From the IMG/VR virus record IMGVR_UViG_3300037461_001292, positions 1-44,649 of that record: a DNA stretch of 44,649 nucleotides; one strand, given 5' to 3'. The notes below the pieces were generated by a model. That model did not search any database, had not been told where the DNA came from, and saw only the letters and a list, made by a program, of their open reading frames with translations. The stretch's first letter is position 1. Each line of letters starts with the position of its first letter. Positions 35,233 to 43,864 of the stretch are shown one piece after another. This DNA comes from a virus. Taxonomy: Duplodnaviria > Caudoviricetes. A program made the position numbers and the translations under genes.

Positions 35233-38136
35233 ATGGCTGAAGTAACCCTTTACCCCTCCGCCAACAACGGCGGTTGGGACGCAGACGAAGCTAACGCCTA
35301 TGCCGATGACGGTGCGTACGCTACAACCGCACCAGGCATAAACTCTACCGATAGCGTGGAGTATGGTAACTTTGGTTTTGACGCCCAAATCCCCGCAGGT
35401 TCAACAATCAATTCGGTAACTCTTAACGCTCAATGGCTTGTATCTACCACCGCTTCCTCCGCCACCTTCCGTTTGGCAGGGCTTATCAGTAATGTGGTAG
35501 AGGGTACGGAACATACAGACGCTACCGAACCCACCAGCGACAAGACCACCAACTTTGCCATGACCTCCCTCCCGACCAGAGATGAACTCCTTGACGGGGT
35601 GTTTGAGGTCAGGGTGGGAGCACAACGGGGAGCAGGTGCGACAGGCTACACCATGAGCTTGGATTATGTAAGTGTAACGGTGGATTATACTTCGGCAACA
35701 ACTACTTCCACTTCGACAACTACCTCAACTTCTACCTCTACCTCTACCACAACTACCTCTACCTCAAGCTCTACTTCAACAACCACAACCAGTACCTCAA
35801 GCTCAACTTCCTCAAGCACCTCAACAACAACAACCTCTACTTCCTCAAGTACCAGTACCTCTACCACGACTACTTCTACCAGTTCCTCGACCTCAACCAG
35901 TACGACAACCACATCTACCAGTTCGTCAACCTCCACTTCAACAACGACAACTTCCACTTCATCAAGCACCTCTACTTCAACTTCAACCACCACTACCTCA
36001 ACAAGTTCCTCAACTTCAACGACCACTACTTCAACCAGTAGCTCAACCAGTAGTTCAACCTCAACCACAACTACCTCGACTTCATCATCTACTACCACAA
36101 CCTCAACCTCTACTTCCAGTTCAACGAGTTCGTCAACCACGACTACTTCCACCAGTAGTTCTACCTCAACAACTACAACTTCAACCAGCACATCATCAAG
36201 TACATCAAGCTCGACCACAACTACCTCTACCTCGTCAAGCACTTCTACAACGACAACTTCCACTTCAACCTCGTCATCAACAAGTACCTCAACGACCACA
36301 ACTTCTACCTCAAGTTCAACCTCTACTACCACAACCTCAACTTCCAGTAGCACTTCCTCAAGTACATCAACTACTACCACCTCAACTTCAAGCTCTACAT
36401 CTACGACAACTACCAGTACCAGCTCAAGTACTTCCACCTCTACAACAACCACTTCTACCAGCACCAGCACCTCAACGACCACGACAAGTACGAGCAGTTC
36501 TACTTCAACCTCAACTTCGACAACAACCAGTTTGCCTTACCAAGTAGATGACATTATTTGGGAGTGGTCGGGAACAAGCACCTCCACCTCAACCTCGACC
36601 ACTACTACCTCTACTTCCACCACCACAACCACCAGTACCAGTACAACAACCACCTCAACTTCTACTTCGTCTAGTACCTCAACCTCAACAACCACAACCA
36701 GTACCAGTAGCTCGACATCTACCTCAAGCTCTACTACCACAACTTCTACCTCCAGCTCAACTTCGACAACCACAACCTCTACCAGCAGTTCTACCTCAAC
36801 CAGCAGTTCGACAACCACTACTTCAACCTCAACAACCACTACCTCAACTTCAAGCTCAACTACGACCAGCTCAAGTACCAGCACTACCCTTTCCTCAACG
36901 ACTTCAACTTCAACCACCACCACCTCTACCTCGTCATCTACCTCAACAACCACAACCTCTACTTCAACCAGCAGTTCGACTTCCTCATCAACTACGACAA
37001 CTTCAACCTCAACTTCAACAACAACCAGCACTTCTACCTCTACAACAACCACCTCGACCTCAACTTCAACAAGTTCCAGTACCTCAACTACGACTACCAG
37101 TACTTCTTCAAGCACCTCTACCACGACAACCTCTACCAGTTCGTCAACTTCCAGCTCTACCTCAACGACAACTACCTCAACCTCAACCAGCACCACCACT
37201 ACTTCAACCTCAAGTTCTACCAGCAGTAGCAGTTCAACAACTACTACTTCAACTTCCAGTTCCACTTCAACAACGACTACCTCAACCTCAAGCTCTACTT
37301 CAAGCTCGACAAGTACCACTACCACCTCTACCTCGACAACAACAACCTCGACCTCCAGCTCAACCAGCTCGTCTACTTCTACAACTACAACAAGTACCAG
37401 CACCAGCTCATCAACCACAACCACCTCTACTTCAAGCTCGTCATCAACCAGTACCACCCTGACTATAACGACAACCTCTACTTCGTCATCTACAACTACC
37501 TCCACTACGACCACCAGCACCAGTTCCTCAACATCTACAACCACTACTTCAACCAGCTCAAGCACGAGTTCGTCAACCTCAACTACGACCACCTCTACCT
37601 CAACTTCAACAACAACGAGTACCTCAAGCTCAACCACTACCACCTCTACCAGTAGCTCAACTACTACGACCTCAACTTCAAGTTCAACCTCAACGACAAC
37701 GAGTACCTCTACCTCGACAACCACTACCTCTACCTCGACATCAAGCTCGACATCTACCACCACCACTTCAACTTCCTCCAGCACATCTTCGAGTACCTCA
37801 ACGACAACTACCTCAACCTCTACCTCATCAAGTACCTCAACCTCTACAACCACCACCTCGACCTCAACGAGTTCTTCAAGCTCAACCTCAACCACCACCA
37901 CCACCACCTCTACCAGTTCTTCAACTTCAACCACGACCTCAACCTCGTCAAGTTCGTCAACCACCACCTCAACTACCACCACTTTCCCGTTCATGTGGAC
38001 AGTTGAGGAAGTGGGGGTTCAGGCAGGTGGGCTACCCTCACCTGTTAAAATGGAGATACAGGTAGAAGACCCTGCCAAACAGCAGGGAGGACTGGCTGGA
38101 ACAGACGATTACCAAAAAACAGAGGATTACTTCTAA
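35233..38136 (+). CDS. Giant mucin-like Ser/Thr protein (967 aa)
   Basis: ~150-aa beta-rich head, then tracts of 281 codons (35689-36531) and 470 codons (36574-37983). Confidence 0.85.
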   Translation: MAEVTLYPSANNGGWDADEANAYADDGAYATTAPGINSTDSVEYGNFGFDAQIPAGSTINSVTLNAQWLVSTTASSATFRLAGLISNVVEGTEHTDATEPTSDKTTNFAMTSLPTRDELLDGVFEVRVGAQRGAGATGYTMSLDYVSVTVDYTSATTTSTSTTTSTSTSTSTTTTSTSSSTSTTTTSTSSSTSSSTSTTTTSTSSSTSTSTTTTSTSSSTSTSTTTTSTSSSTSTSTTTTSTSSSTSTSTSTTTTSTSSSTSTTTTSTSSSTSSSTSTTTTSTSSSTTTTSTSTSSSTSSSTTTTSTSSSTSTTTTSTSTSSSTSSSTTTTSTSSSTSTTTTSTSTSSSTSTSTTTTSTSSSTSTTTTSTSSSTSSSTSTTTTSTSSSTSTTTTSTSSSTSTSTTTTSTSTSTSTTTTSTSSSTSTSTSTTTSLPYQVDDIIWEWSGTSTSTSTSTTTTSTSTTTTTSTSTTTTSTSTSSSTSTSTTTTSTSSSTSTSSSTTTTSTSSSTSTTTTSTSSSTSTSSSTTTTSTSTTTTSTSSSTTTSSSTSTTLSSTTSTSTTTTSTSSSTSTTTTSTSTSSSTSSSTTTTSTSTSTTTSTSTSTTTTSTSTSTSSSTSTTTTSTSSSTSTTTTSTSSSTSSSTSTTTTSTSTSTTTTSTSSSTSSSSSTTTTSTSSSTSTTTTSTSSSTSSSTSTTTTSTSTTTTSTSSSTSSSTSTTTTSTSTSSSTTTTSTSSSSSTSTTLTITTTSTSSSTTTSTTTTSTSSSTSTTTTSTSSSTSSSTSTTTTSTSTSTTTSTSSSTTTTSTSSSTTTTSTSSSTSTTTSTSTSTTTTSTSTSSSTSTTTTSTSSSTSSSTSTTTTSTSTSSSTSTSTTTTSTSTSSSSSTSTTTTTTSTSSSTSTTTSTSSSSSTTTSTTTTFPFMWTVEEVGVQAGGLPSPVKMEIQVEDPAKQQGGLAGTDDYQKTEDYF

Positions 38137-38137
38137 T

Positions 38138-39595
38138 ATGGCAGATACTCACTCACTCGACCTAGAGTTAAGCAGTAGCCAATACGCAAAAATTACCGAT
38201 GCCGCCCAAACCGGACTGGACATTACCGGAGATTTGAGTTTTGAGGCATGGATAAAACTTGAGCAACTTCCGTCAACCGCCACTTCCGATTTCATGCTGG
38301 GGGCAAAGACTGATGGTTCAACTTTTTCCTACCAGCTTTATATCCAAGCTGGTGACAACAAGATGTTGTTCTATTACAGCAACAATGGCTCAACTGATGT
38401 TGCCAATACCACCTACGGAACTTGCGATACCGCTTTTGATGCGGGAAATGTCGGGGTTTGGACTCATGTGGCAGTTGTTTTGGATGCTTCGGAAGCCAGT
38501 ATCACTTTCTACATCAATAATGTAGCCAAAACTACTACCTATGCTAGGCAGAACGCAACCTCTATTTACAATAGTGCGGTGGATTTTTCGATAGGCTCAA
38601 GGGCAGGGGGGGGTTCCTACTTTGATGGGAAGATGGATGAGGTCAGGGTTTGGAACGACATCAGGACATCTGGTGAAATATCTGATAATTACCAGAGAGA
38701 GTTGGTTGGTAATGAAGCTGGACTGGTTGGGTATTGGAAACTGAACAATGACTATTTAGACGAAACTGCCAATAATAATGACTTGACTGGGGTAAACTCT
38801 CCAGTATTTTCCGCAGATGTTCCAGCTTCAATTACTACTACTTCAACTTCTACTACCAGCTCAACCTCAACAACTACTACCTCTACCTCAAGCTCAACCT
38901 CAAGCTCAACAACGACTACTTCTACTTCAAGTAGCACTTCTACCAGTACAACAACAACCTCTACTTCCAGCTCTACCTCCTCATCAACCAGCACTACACT
39001 TTCGTCAACGACTTCCACTTCCACCACGACAACCTCTACCAGTACCTCAACCACCACAACCAGTACCAGCTCATCTACCAGCAGTTCTACAAGCACCACA
39101 ACCACCTCAACCTCAAGCTCAACCTCTACAACTACCTCTACTTCGACATCAATAACAACAACCTCTACCTCTACGACCACGACTTCTACTTCCTCATCAA
39201 CCTCAACTACAACCACCCTGCCTTTCGTTACTGGAAGCCTTGTATTCGGTGAGGAGAACCCAACCGAAGGGGAAACTGCTGTCAGTTGGCAGACATTCTC
39301 AGACGGTGCTGGAGGCACTCCTACCATTATCGGTGATGCGGAGTGGGGTAAGCTGGAAGTTGATATAACCGAGCAGGGAAGAAGCGGTGTATACAATTTC
39401 GGAAACGCCAATCCCAGGAATTATACGGTTACCAGGAATTATTACGGAACTGGTCAGGGTACTGCTACCTTGCAGATAAGGGGAAGTGCCGATGCCTTTG
39501 ACCAGGACGATGAACTCCCTGAGTGGAATACCTACATAGCAACAACTGGACAATCATGGCGGTATATCCAAATAAGGGAAATAAAGGAAAGCTGA
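38138..39595 (+). CDS. LamG/ConA-like domain, Ser/Thr tract and conserved C-terminal domain
   Basis: SFEAWIK...WTHVAVV...YFDGKMDEVRVWN...GLVGYWKLN; 128-codon S/T tract. Confidence 0.88.
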   Translation: MADTHSLDLELSSSQYAKITDAAQTGLDITGDLSFEAWIKLEQLPSTATSDFMLGAKTDGSTFSYQLYIQAGDNKMLFYYSNNGSTDVANTTYGTCDTAFDAGNVGVWTHVAVVLDASEASITFYINNVAKTTTYARQNATSIYNSAVDFSIGSRAGGGSYFDGKMDEVRVWNDIRTSGEISDNYQRELVGNEAGLVGYWKLNNDYLDETANNNDLTGVNSPVFSADVPASITTTSTSTTSSTSTTTTSTSSSTSSSTTTTSTSSSTSTSTTTTSTSSSTSSSTSTTLSSTTSTSTTTTSTSTSTTTTSTSSSTSSSTSTTTTSTSSSTSTTTSTSTSITTTSTSTTTTSTSSSTSTTTTLPFVTGSLVFGEENPTEGETAVSWQTFSDGAGGTPTIIGDAEWGKLEVDITEQGRSGVYNFGNANPRNYTVTRNYYGTGQGTATLQIRGSADAFDQDDELPEWNTYIATTGQSWRYIQIREIKES

Positions 39596-39596
39596 T

Positions 39597-40535
39597 ATGG
39601 CAACAATCGTAGATAGTTATAGTGAGGCAAATTATAACGGGTCATCAAATGTTGTTTACTACTATTTAGGGCTAGGACAATCATTTACTGGGAATGGTTA
39701 CTTATTAAATAAGGCAACCTTTTATATCCAGAACTATGAAGGGACAGCTACTGGTAATATTGATTGTGCAATATATGCCCATACTGGAACTTACGGAACA
39801 ACATCACTCCCAACAGGAAGTGCATTAGCAATATCTTCTCAAGTTGATGTTTCAACAATCGGTTCTTCCTACGAATTGATAGATTTCACTTTTACTGGTG
39901 TAAACAAAATATCATTAACTAATGGAACTTATTATGTCGTTGTTGTTAGAAATGTTGATGCTTCTGGTACTGTTCTCATTGGACATGATAGTAGCTCACC
40001 TACACATTCTGGTAATAAGTCAAGAAATAGTGGTGGTGGATGGGTTTACATTTCTAGTGATGATTGTATCTTTTATGTTTATTCCGATGACCCACCAACC
40101 ACCACCTCAACCACAACTACCAGTACCAGTACCAGCACCACGACTACTTCCACCAGCAGTTCTACATCAAGTTCAACCACCACCTCCACCACAACTTCCG
40201 TTCCTTACCAAGTAGATGATATTGTCATCTTCTGGGAAGGAACAACAACTTCTACTTCTACTTCGTCATCAACCACCACCACCTCAACCTCAACCACCAC
40301 CACCTCGACCTCTACCTCGACAACTACCTCTACCTCAACGAGCAGTTCAACCACCACCACCTCTACCTCAACCTCTACAACAACTACTTCAACTTCTACC
40401 ACCACTACCTCGACCTCATCATCAACCAGCTCATCTACTTCCTCATCAACCAGCAGTTCCACCACCACCTCATCAAGCTCATCTACCTCAACCACCATAA
40501 CCCTGCCATATAAGTTCAGAGTTGAAATGGTTTAA
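39597..40535 (+). CDS. Beta-sandwich head with two Ser/Thr tracts
   Basis: LGQSFTG...ATFYI...LTNGTYYVVVV head; tracts separated by VPYQVDDIVIFWEG. Confidence 0.82.
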   Translation: MATIVDSYSEANYNGSSNVVYYYLGLGQSFTGNGYLLNKATFYIQNYEGTATGNIDCAIYAHTGTYGTTSLPTGSALAISSQVDVSTIGSSYELIDFTFTGVNKISLTNGTYYVVVVRNVDASGTVLIGHDSSSPTHSGNKSRNSGGGWVYISSDDCIFYVYSDDPPTTTSTTTTSTSTSTTTTSTSSSTSSSTTTSTTTSVPYQVDDIVIFWEGTTTSTSTSSSTTTTSTSTTTTSTSTSTTTSTSTSSSTTTTSTSTSTTTTSTSTTTTSTSSSTSSSTSSSTSSSTTTSSSSSTSTTITLPYKFRVEMV

Positions 40536-40557
40536 CAATTAGTTATAGAATAGAAGT

Positions 40558-41862
40558 ATGACACAAACGTCAGCCCGAAGGCTCAGGATAAACAACCCAG
40601 ACCTCGCCAACAGCGAGAAAACCTACCTTGATGCCGACTACGCATCGGGAACTACCATTACCGTGCAGTCAAATGTTTCCTTTGCGGAAAACGACATTAT
40701 CGTTATCGGTGAGGTTGGACAGGAAAAGACCGAGGGCGGTATCGTATCTTCTGTATCTTCCGACAAGAAAACAATCACTTTGGATGCGGCTTTGAACTTT
40801 TCCCACACCAAAGGCATTGTCGTTTACAGGGCGGAATATAACTTCGTTGATATTGATGTGGACATGGTAGCAGGGAGTACAGTCTGGGCAGCCCTTTCCC
40901 AATCGCCTATCCAATGGGATAGGAAAGAAACCATTTATATCCACCAGGGAGGGGTATCGGGTTACAATTACAGGTTCAAGTTCAGAAACTCGGCAACAGG
41001 TAACTACTCTGAATACTCACCGACAATTACTGGTGCTGGGTTTGCCAAGAATACCATAGGCTACATGATACAGGAAGTCCGCAAGTCCATCATTGACCCA
41101 GACGGGAATATCGTCAGCAATTCCGACATCATCAGGTACTTCAACGCCGCCAAAGACATCATCAACGGAACCAGGAACGATTGGTGGTTCTGGCTCAAGG
41201 AAGATACCAGCTCTATCACCACGGTTGACGGGCAGAAGGAATACAACCTTGACGACATCTCCACCCATATCGAGTACATCAAGTACATTAAGTACAACTA
41301 CAATGACGGAACCAGGAACGAAACCTGGCACCTAAGGCACCTGTCCGACATTGAATACGACTACGAGTCAATGGACGGTAACGCCTCGGAAGATGATGAG
41401 GTTGCCTACTACAACCTAAAGCCAGGCGACAGCAATTCAACCTCTGGGTACTTCAGGGTTTGGCCTGTTCCGGCAACTGACGACTATGGAACTTTCCATG
41501 TCAGGTATTACGAGCCTGACGCCGACTACTCCGATATTGCCGACACCACCGCTATTCCCATGCCTGAACTTTTAATCAACTACGCCATTTTCCTTTGCGA
41601 ACAGCTGAAAGGAAACAATAGCAAAGCCAAGATACACTTTGAGCTGTTCTTCGGTGCCCAGGATAAGGAAAAGGGCAGGAAAGTGCAGACTGGGATTGCC
41701 GCTTTGGAGGCTATGCAGAGGGGAAAGCTCAGGCCTTTAGGCCAGCCCCGTTCCTTAAAGACCTTCAGGGGCAGGAGAGCCATGCAGAGGTTCTTTGGCG
41801 ACCATGCGGTTGATGCCGATAAGATAAGGGAAGACTGGTTCGATTATCCGAGGACGAAATGA
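40558..41862 (+). CDS. Putative head-tail adaptor/tail tubular A-like protein with N-terminal extension
   Basis: DIIRYFNAA...WWFWL...ITTVDGQKEYNL...FRVWPVP...VRYY...LLINYA pattern typical of podovirus adaptors. Confidence 0.7.
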   Translation: MTQTSARRLRINNPDLANSEKTYLDADYASGTTITVQSNVSFAENDIIVIGEVGQEKTEGGIVSSVSSDKKTITLDAALNFSHTKGIVVYRAEYNFVDIDVDMVAGSTVWAALSQSPIQWDRKETIYIHQGGVSGYNYRFKFRNSATGNYSEYSPTITGAGFAKNTIGYMIQEVRKSIIDPDGNIVSNSDIIRYFNAAKDIINGTRNDWWFWLKEDTSSITTVDGQKEYNLDDISTHIEYIKYIKYNYNDGTRNETWHLRHLSDIEYDYESMDGNASEDDEVAYYNLKPGDSNSTSGYFRVWPVPATDDYGTFHVRYYEPDADYSDIADTTAIPMPELLINYAIFLCEQLKGNNSKAKIHFELFFGAQDKEKGRKVQTGIAALEAMQRGKLRPLGQPRSLKTFRGRRAMQRFFGDHAVDADKIREDWFDYPRTK

Positions 41863-41863
41863 A

Positions 41864-42181
41864 ATGGCAGATAAAGTTGAGGAAACCACTACCAGAGATG
41901 ACTTTTCAGGAGGGGTGCAGGTAAAGACCAGCCGTTTCCTGAAAAAAGCAAACGAGCTTGATGACGGGCAGAATGTTTCCTATGCGGAAGTAGGCTCTCT
42001 CGGTAAGAGCCAGGGTTATATCCAAAGGGGAAGCGACCTGACTTCCACAACCACCACTTCCACCTCTACTTCCACGACTACTACTTCCACCTCGACCTCT
42101 ACTTCCACGACGACAACTTCCACATCTACCACAACTACCTCAACATCCAGCTCTACCTCTACATCAACCAGCACAAGCTAA
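41864..42181 (+). CDS. N-terminal fragment of a tail nozzle-like protein with a Ser/Thr tail
   Basis: DDFSGGVQ...ANELDDGQNVSY...GSLGKSQGY then 46 S/T residues and TAA. Confidence 0.7.
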   Translation: MADKVEETTTRDDFSGGVQVKTSRFLKKANELDDGQNVSYAEVGSLGKSQGYIQRGSDLTSTTTTSTSTSTTTTSTSTSTSTTTTSTSTTTTSTSSSTSTSTSTS

Positions 42182-42184
42182 ACT

Positions 42185-43681
42185 ATGGCAAATATAACAG
42201 GTATCAAGGGCTTCAATTCGGAAACCATCTCGGCTTTGATAGCCGCTTACGGCAACGATGTGGTAAATGTTGATACTGGTAAAGGCTACAGCCTTAACCT
42301 CAACCCCAGCTACAAGGTGGAGTTTGAGGTGTTCCTTGACTACCTGTTTTTGCAGAACTTCAATGCCACTCCCGTAACTTTTGATGGCTTGAACTGGGGC
42401 AGGACAAATGTTGCCAGAACCCCTAAAGCCAAATACATCAAGGAGTTTGGTTCAAGGGTTTACCTGGGGTATGTGGAAATAAACGGAACCAACTTCCCCT
42501 CAAGGGTTATCTACTCCGACCTGCCTAAGAACAACACTATCCAATGGGGTATAGAGTGGGGAACCAACGGGGCTTGCACCGCAGGAACCAGCCGTTTCAC
42601 TTCCGCCAACTCAGGCTTCTCCACCTACGGGATAAAAGTAGGCGACCCATTGATGATTACTTCGGGAGCCAATATCGGGGAATACACGGTGTCTGAGATA
42701 GTTTCCGACATGGACATCAGGGTAGAGGAAACCTTCAAGGCAACAGCTACCAGCCAGAGCTTCTGGGTGGGAAGCAACTGGTTTGATGTGCGGACTGACA
42801 ACAACGACTTCATCACCTGGATTACCGAGAACAATGACAGGCTTCTTATCTTTAAGCAGGACAGCCTGCACCGCTATGACGGGTCGGCTCTGCGGACAAT
42901 CAAAGACGCACCTGGAACCACTTCCGGAAGGAGTGTGGTCAACCTACGGGGAGTGTCCGTCTATTACCATAAAGGGGTAGCCGACAGGTCTGGCTTTTAT
43001 GCCTGTGACGGCACCAAGTCGGTGAAGCTATCCAATAGTATCCAGCCCTACATTGACGGGATTTCAGACAGCATGAGTTCAGAGGTGGTCGGCTGGCGTG
43101 AGGGAAACACTTACAGGGCTTATGTCGGGGATATTACCAACGACGACCACGACATCAGTATCAGCAAAGCCGTGGTCAGCTATGACTTCGGCATTGACGC
43201 TTGGAGTATTGACCCGATTTCCGATACCATAACCTGTGCTACGGAAATCAGGGAAGCCAATACCCAAAGGGTGATACTGGGGAATAGCGAAAGCCAGGCT
43301 TTGCTTACCCCGTCAGGCTACGACCACAACGGAGAACCGATACATTGGTCGGCAGAAACTTCGGCTATTTATCCGAGGGGATTGACCACGATGAACATTT
43401 TTACCAAAGCCATAATAACCGCCAAAAAAGCGGGGGGAATAAATGTAAGCTATTTACTATGGGATAGTCCTGCCGAGATAGACGATAACTGGCACCCCTT
43501 AGGCGACCTGGAACACGACAGGACGGAGTTCCTGATACCCACAAGGCACGCCAACGCTTTCGGGATAAGCTACCGCTTTGAGGAAGCTGGCAAGACCAAC
43601 CCCAACTTCAGGATAGAGTCGGTAACTACGGTCAGCTACCCCCAAAGAACCAATATACCTGAGATAAGGAAAACTATATGA
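42185..43681 (+). CDS. Tail nozzle/stabilisation protein (P22 gp10 or tail tubular B-like beta-propeller)
   Basis: AKYIKEFGSRVYLG...SRVIYSD...ITWIT...LLIFKQDSLHRY...GFYACDG...KLSNSIQ repeats; position after the adaptor. Confidence 0.7.
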   Translation: MANITGIKGFNSETISALIAAYGNDVVNVDTGKGYSLNLNPSYKVEFEVFLDYLFLQNFNATPVTFDGLNWGRTNVARTPKAKYIKEFGSRVYLGYVEINGTNFPSRVIYSDLPKNNTIQWGIEWGTNGACTAGTSRFTSANSGFSTYGIKVGDPLMITSGANIGEYTVSEIVSDMDIRVEETFKATATSQSFWVGSNWFDVRTDNNDFITWITENNDRLLIFKQDSLHRYDGSALRTIKDAPGTTSGRSVVNLRGVSVYYHKGVADRSGFYACDGTKSVKLSNSIQPYIDGISDSMSSEVVGWREGNTYRAYVGDITNDDHDISISKAVVSYDFGIDAWSIDPISDTITCATEIREANTQRVILGNSESQALLTPSGYDHNGEPIHWSAETSAIYPRGLTTMNIFTKAIITAKKAGGINVSYLLWDSPAEIDDNWHPLGDLEHDRTEFLIPTRHANAFGISYRFEEAGKTNPNFRIESVTTVSYPQRTNIPEIRKTI

Positions 43682-43845
43682 CGCAGAGAAGCTACATTGA
43701 CAGGGGCTTTGACAAATACATTGAGAAACCGCTGGTGAAGATACCCGAAACCGAGGAAATTAGCAGTTTGGACTTTGAGAGCATGGTAGAGTCAATCCCA
43801 GCCTCGATGATTGTTCCGCCCGTCCAGTTGCAAAGCAATAGTTAA
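43678..43845 (+). CDS. Small hypothetical protein, 55 aa
   Basis: Not in ORF track; ATGA-coupled; MTQRSYIDRGFDKYIEKPL... Confidence 0.6.
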   Translation: MTQRSYIDRGFDKYIEKPLVKIPETEEISSLDFESMVESIPASMIVPPVQLQSNS

Positions 43846-43864
43846 AAGTTATATCATAGAAACA

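Noticed and set aside
35689-37983. Possible CRISPR array, DGR template/variable repeats or microsatellite
   Set aside because: No constant repeat with unique spacers, no reverse transcriptase, no adenine-specific repeat pair; the repetition is at amino-acid level
33007-40498. Long minus-strand V/E/L/D-rich ORFs (33007, 34439, 35685, 36537, 38752, 40205; also 14778)
   Set aside because: Antisense shadows of Ser/Thr codons, which rarely give stops on the reverse strand; no RBS, and they lie wholly within + genes
34399-40500. P/Q/L-rich + strand alternative-frame ORFs (34399, 36548, 38817, 40216; also 14780)
   Set aside because: Frame-shifted readings of the S/T tracts; no independent start signals
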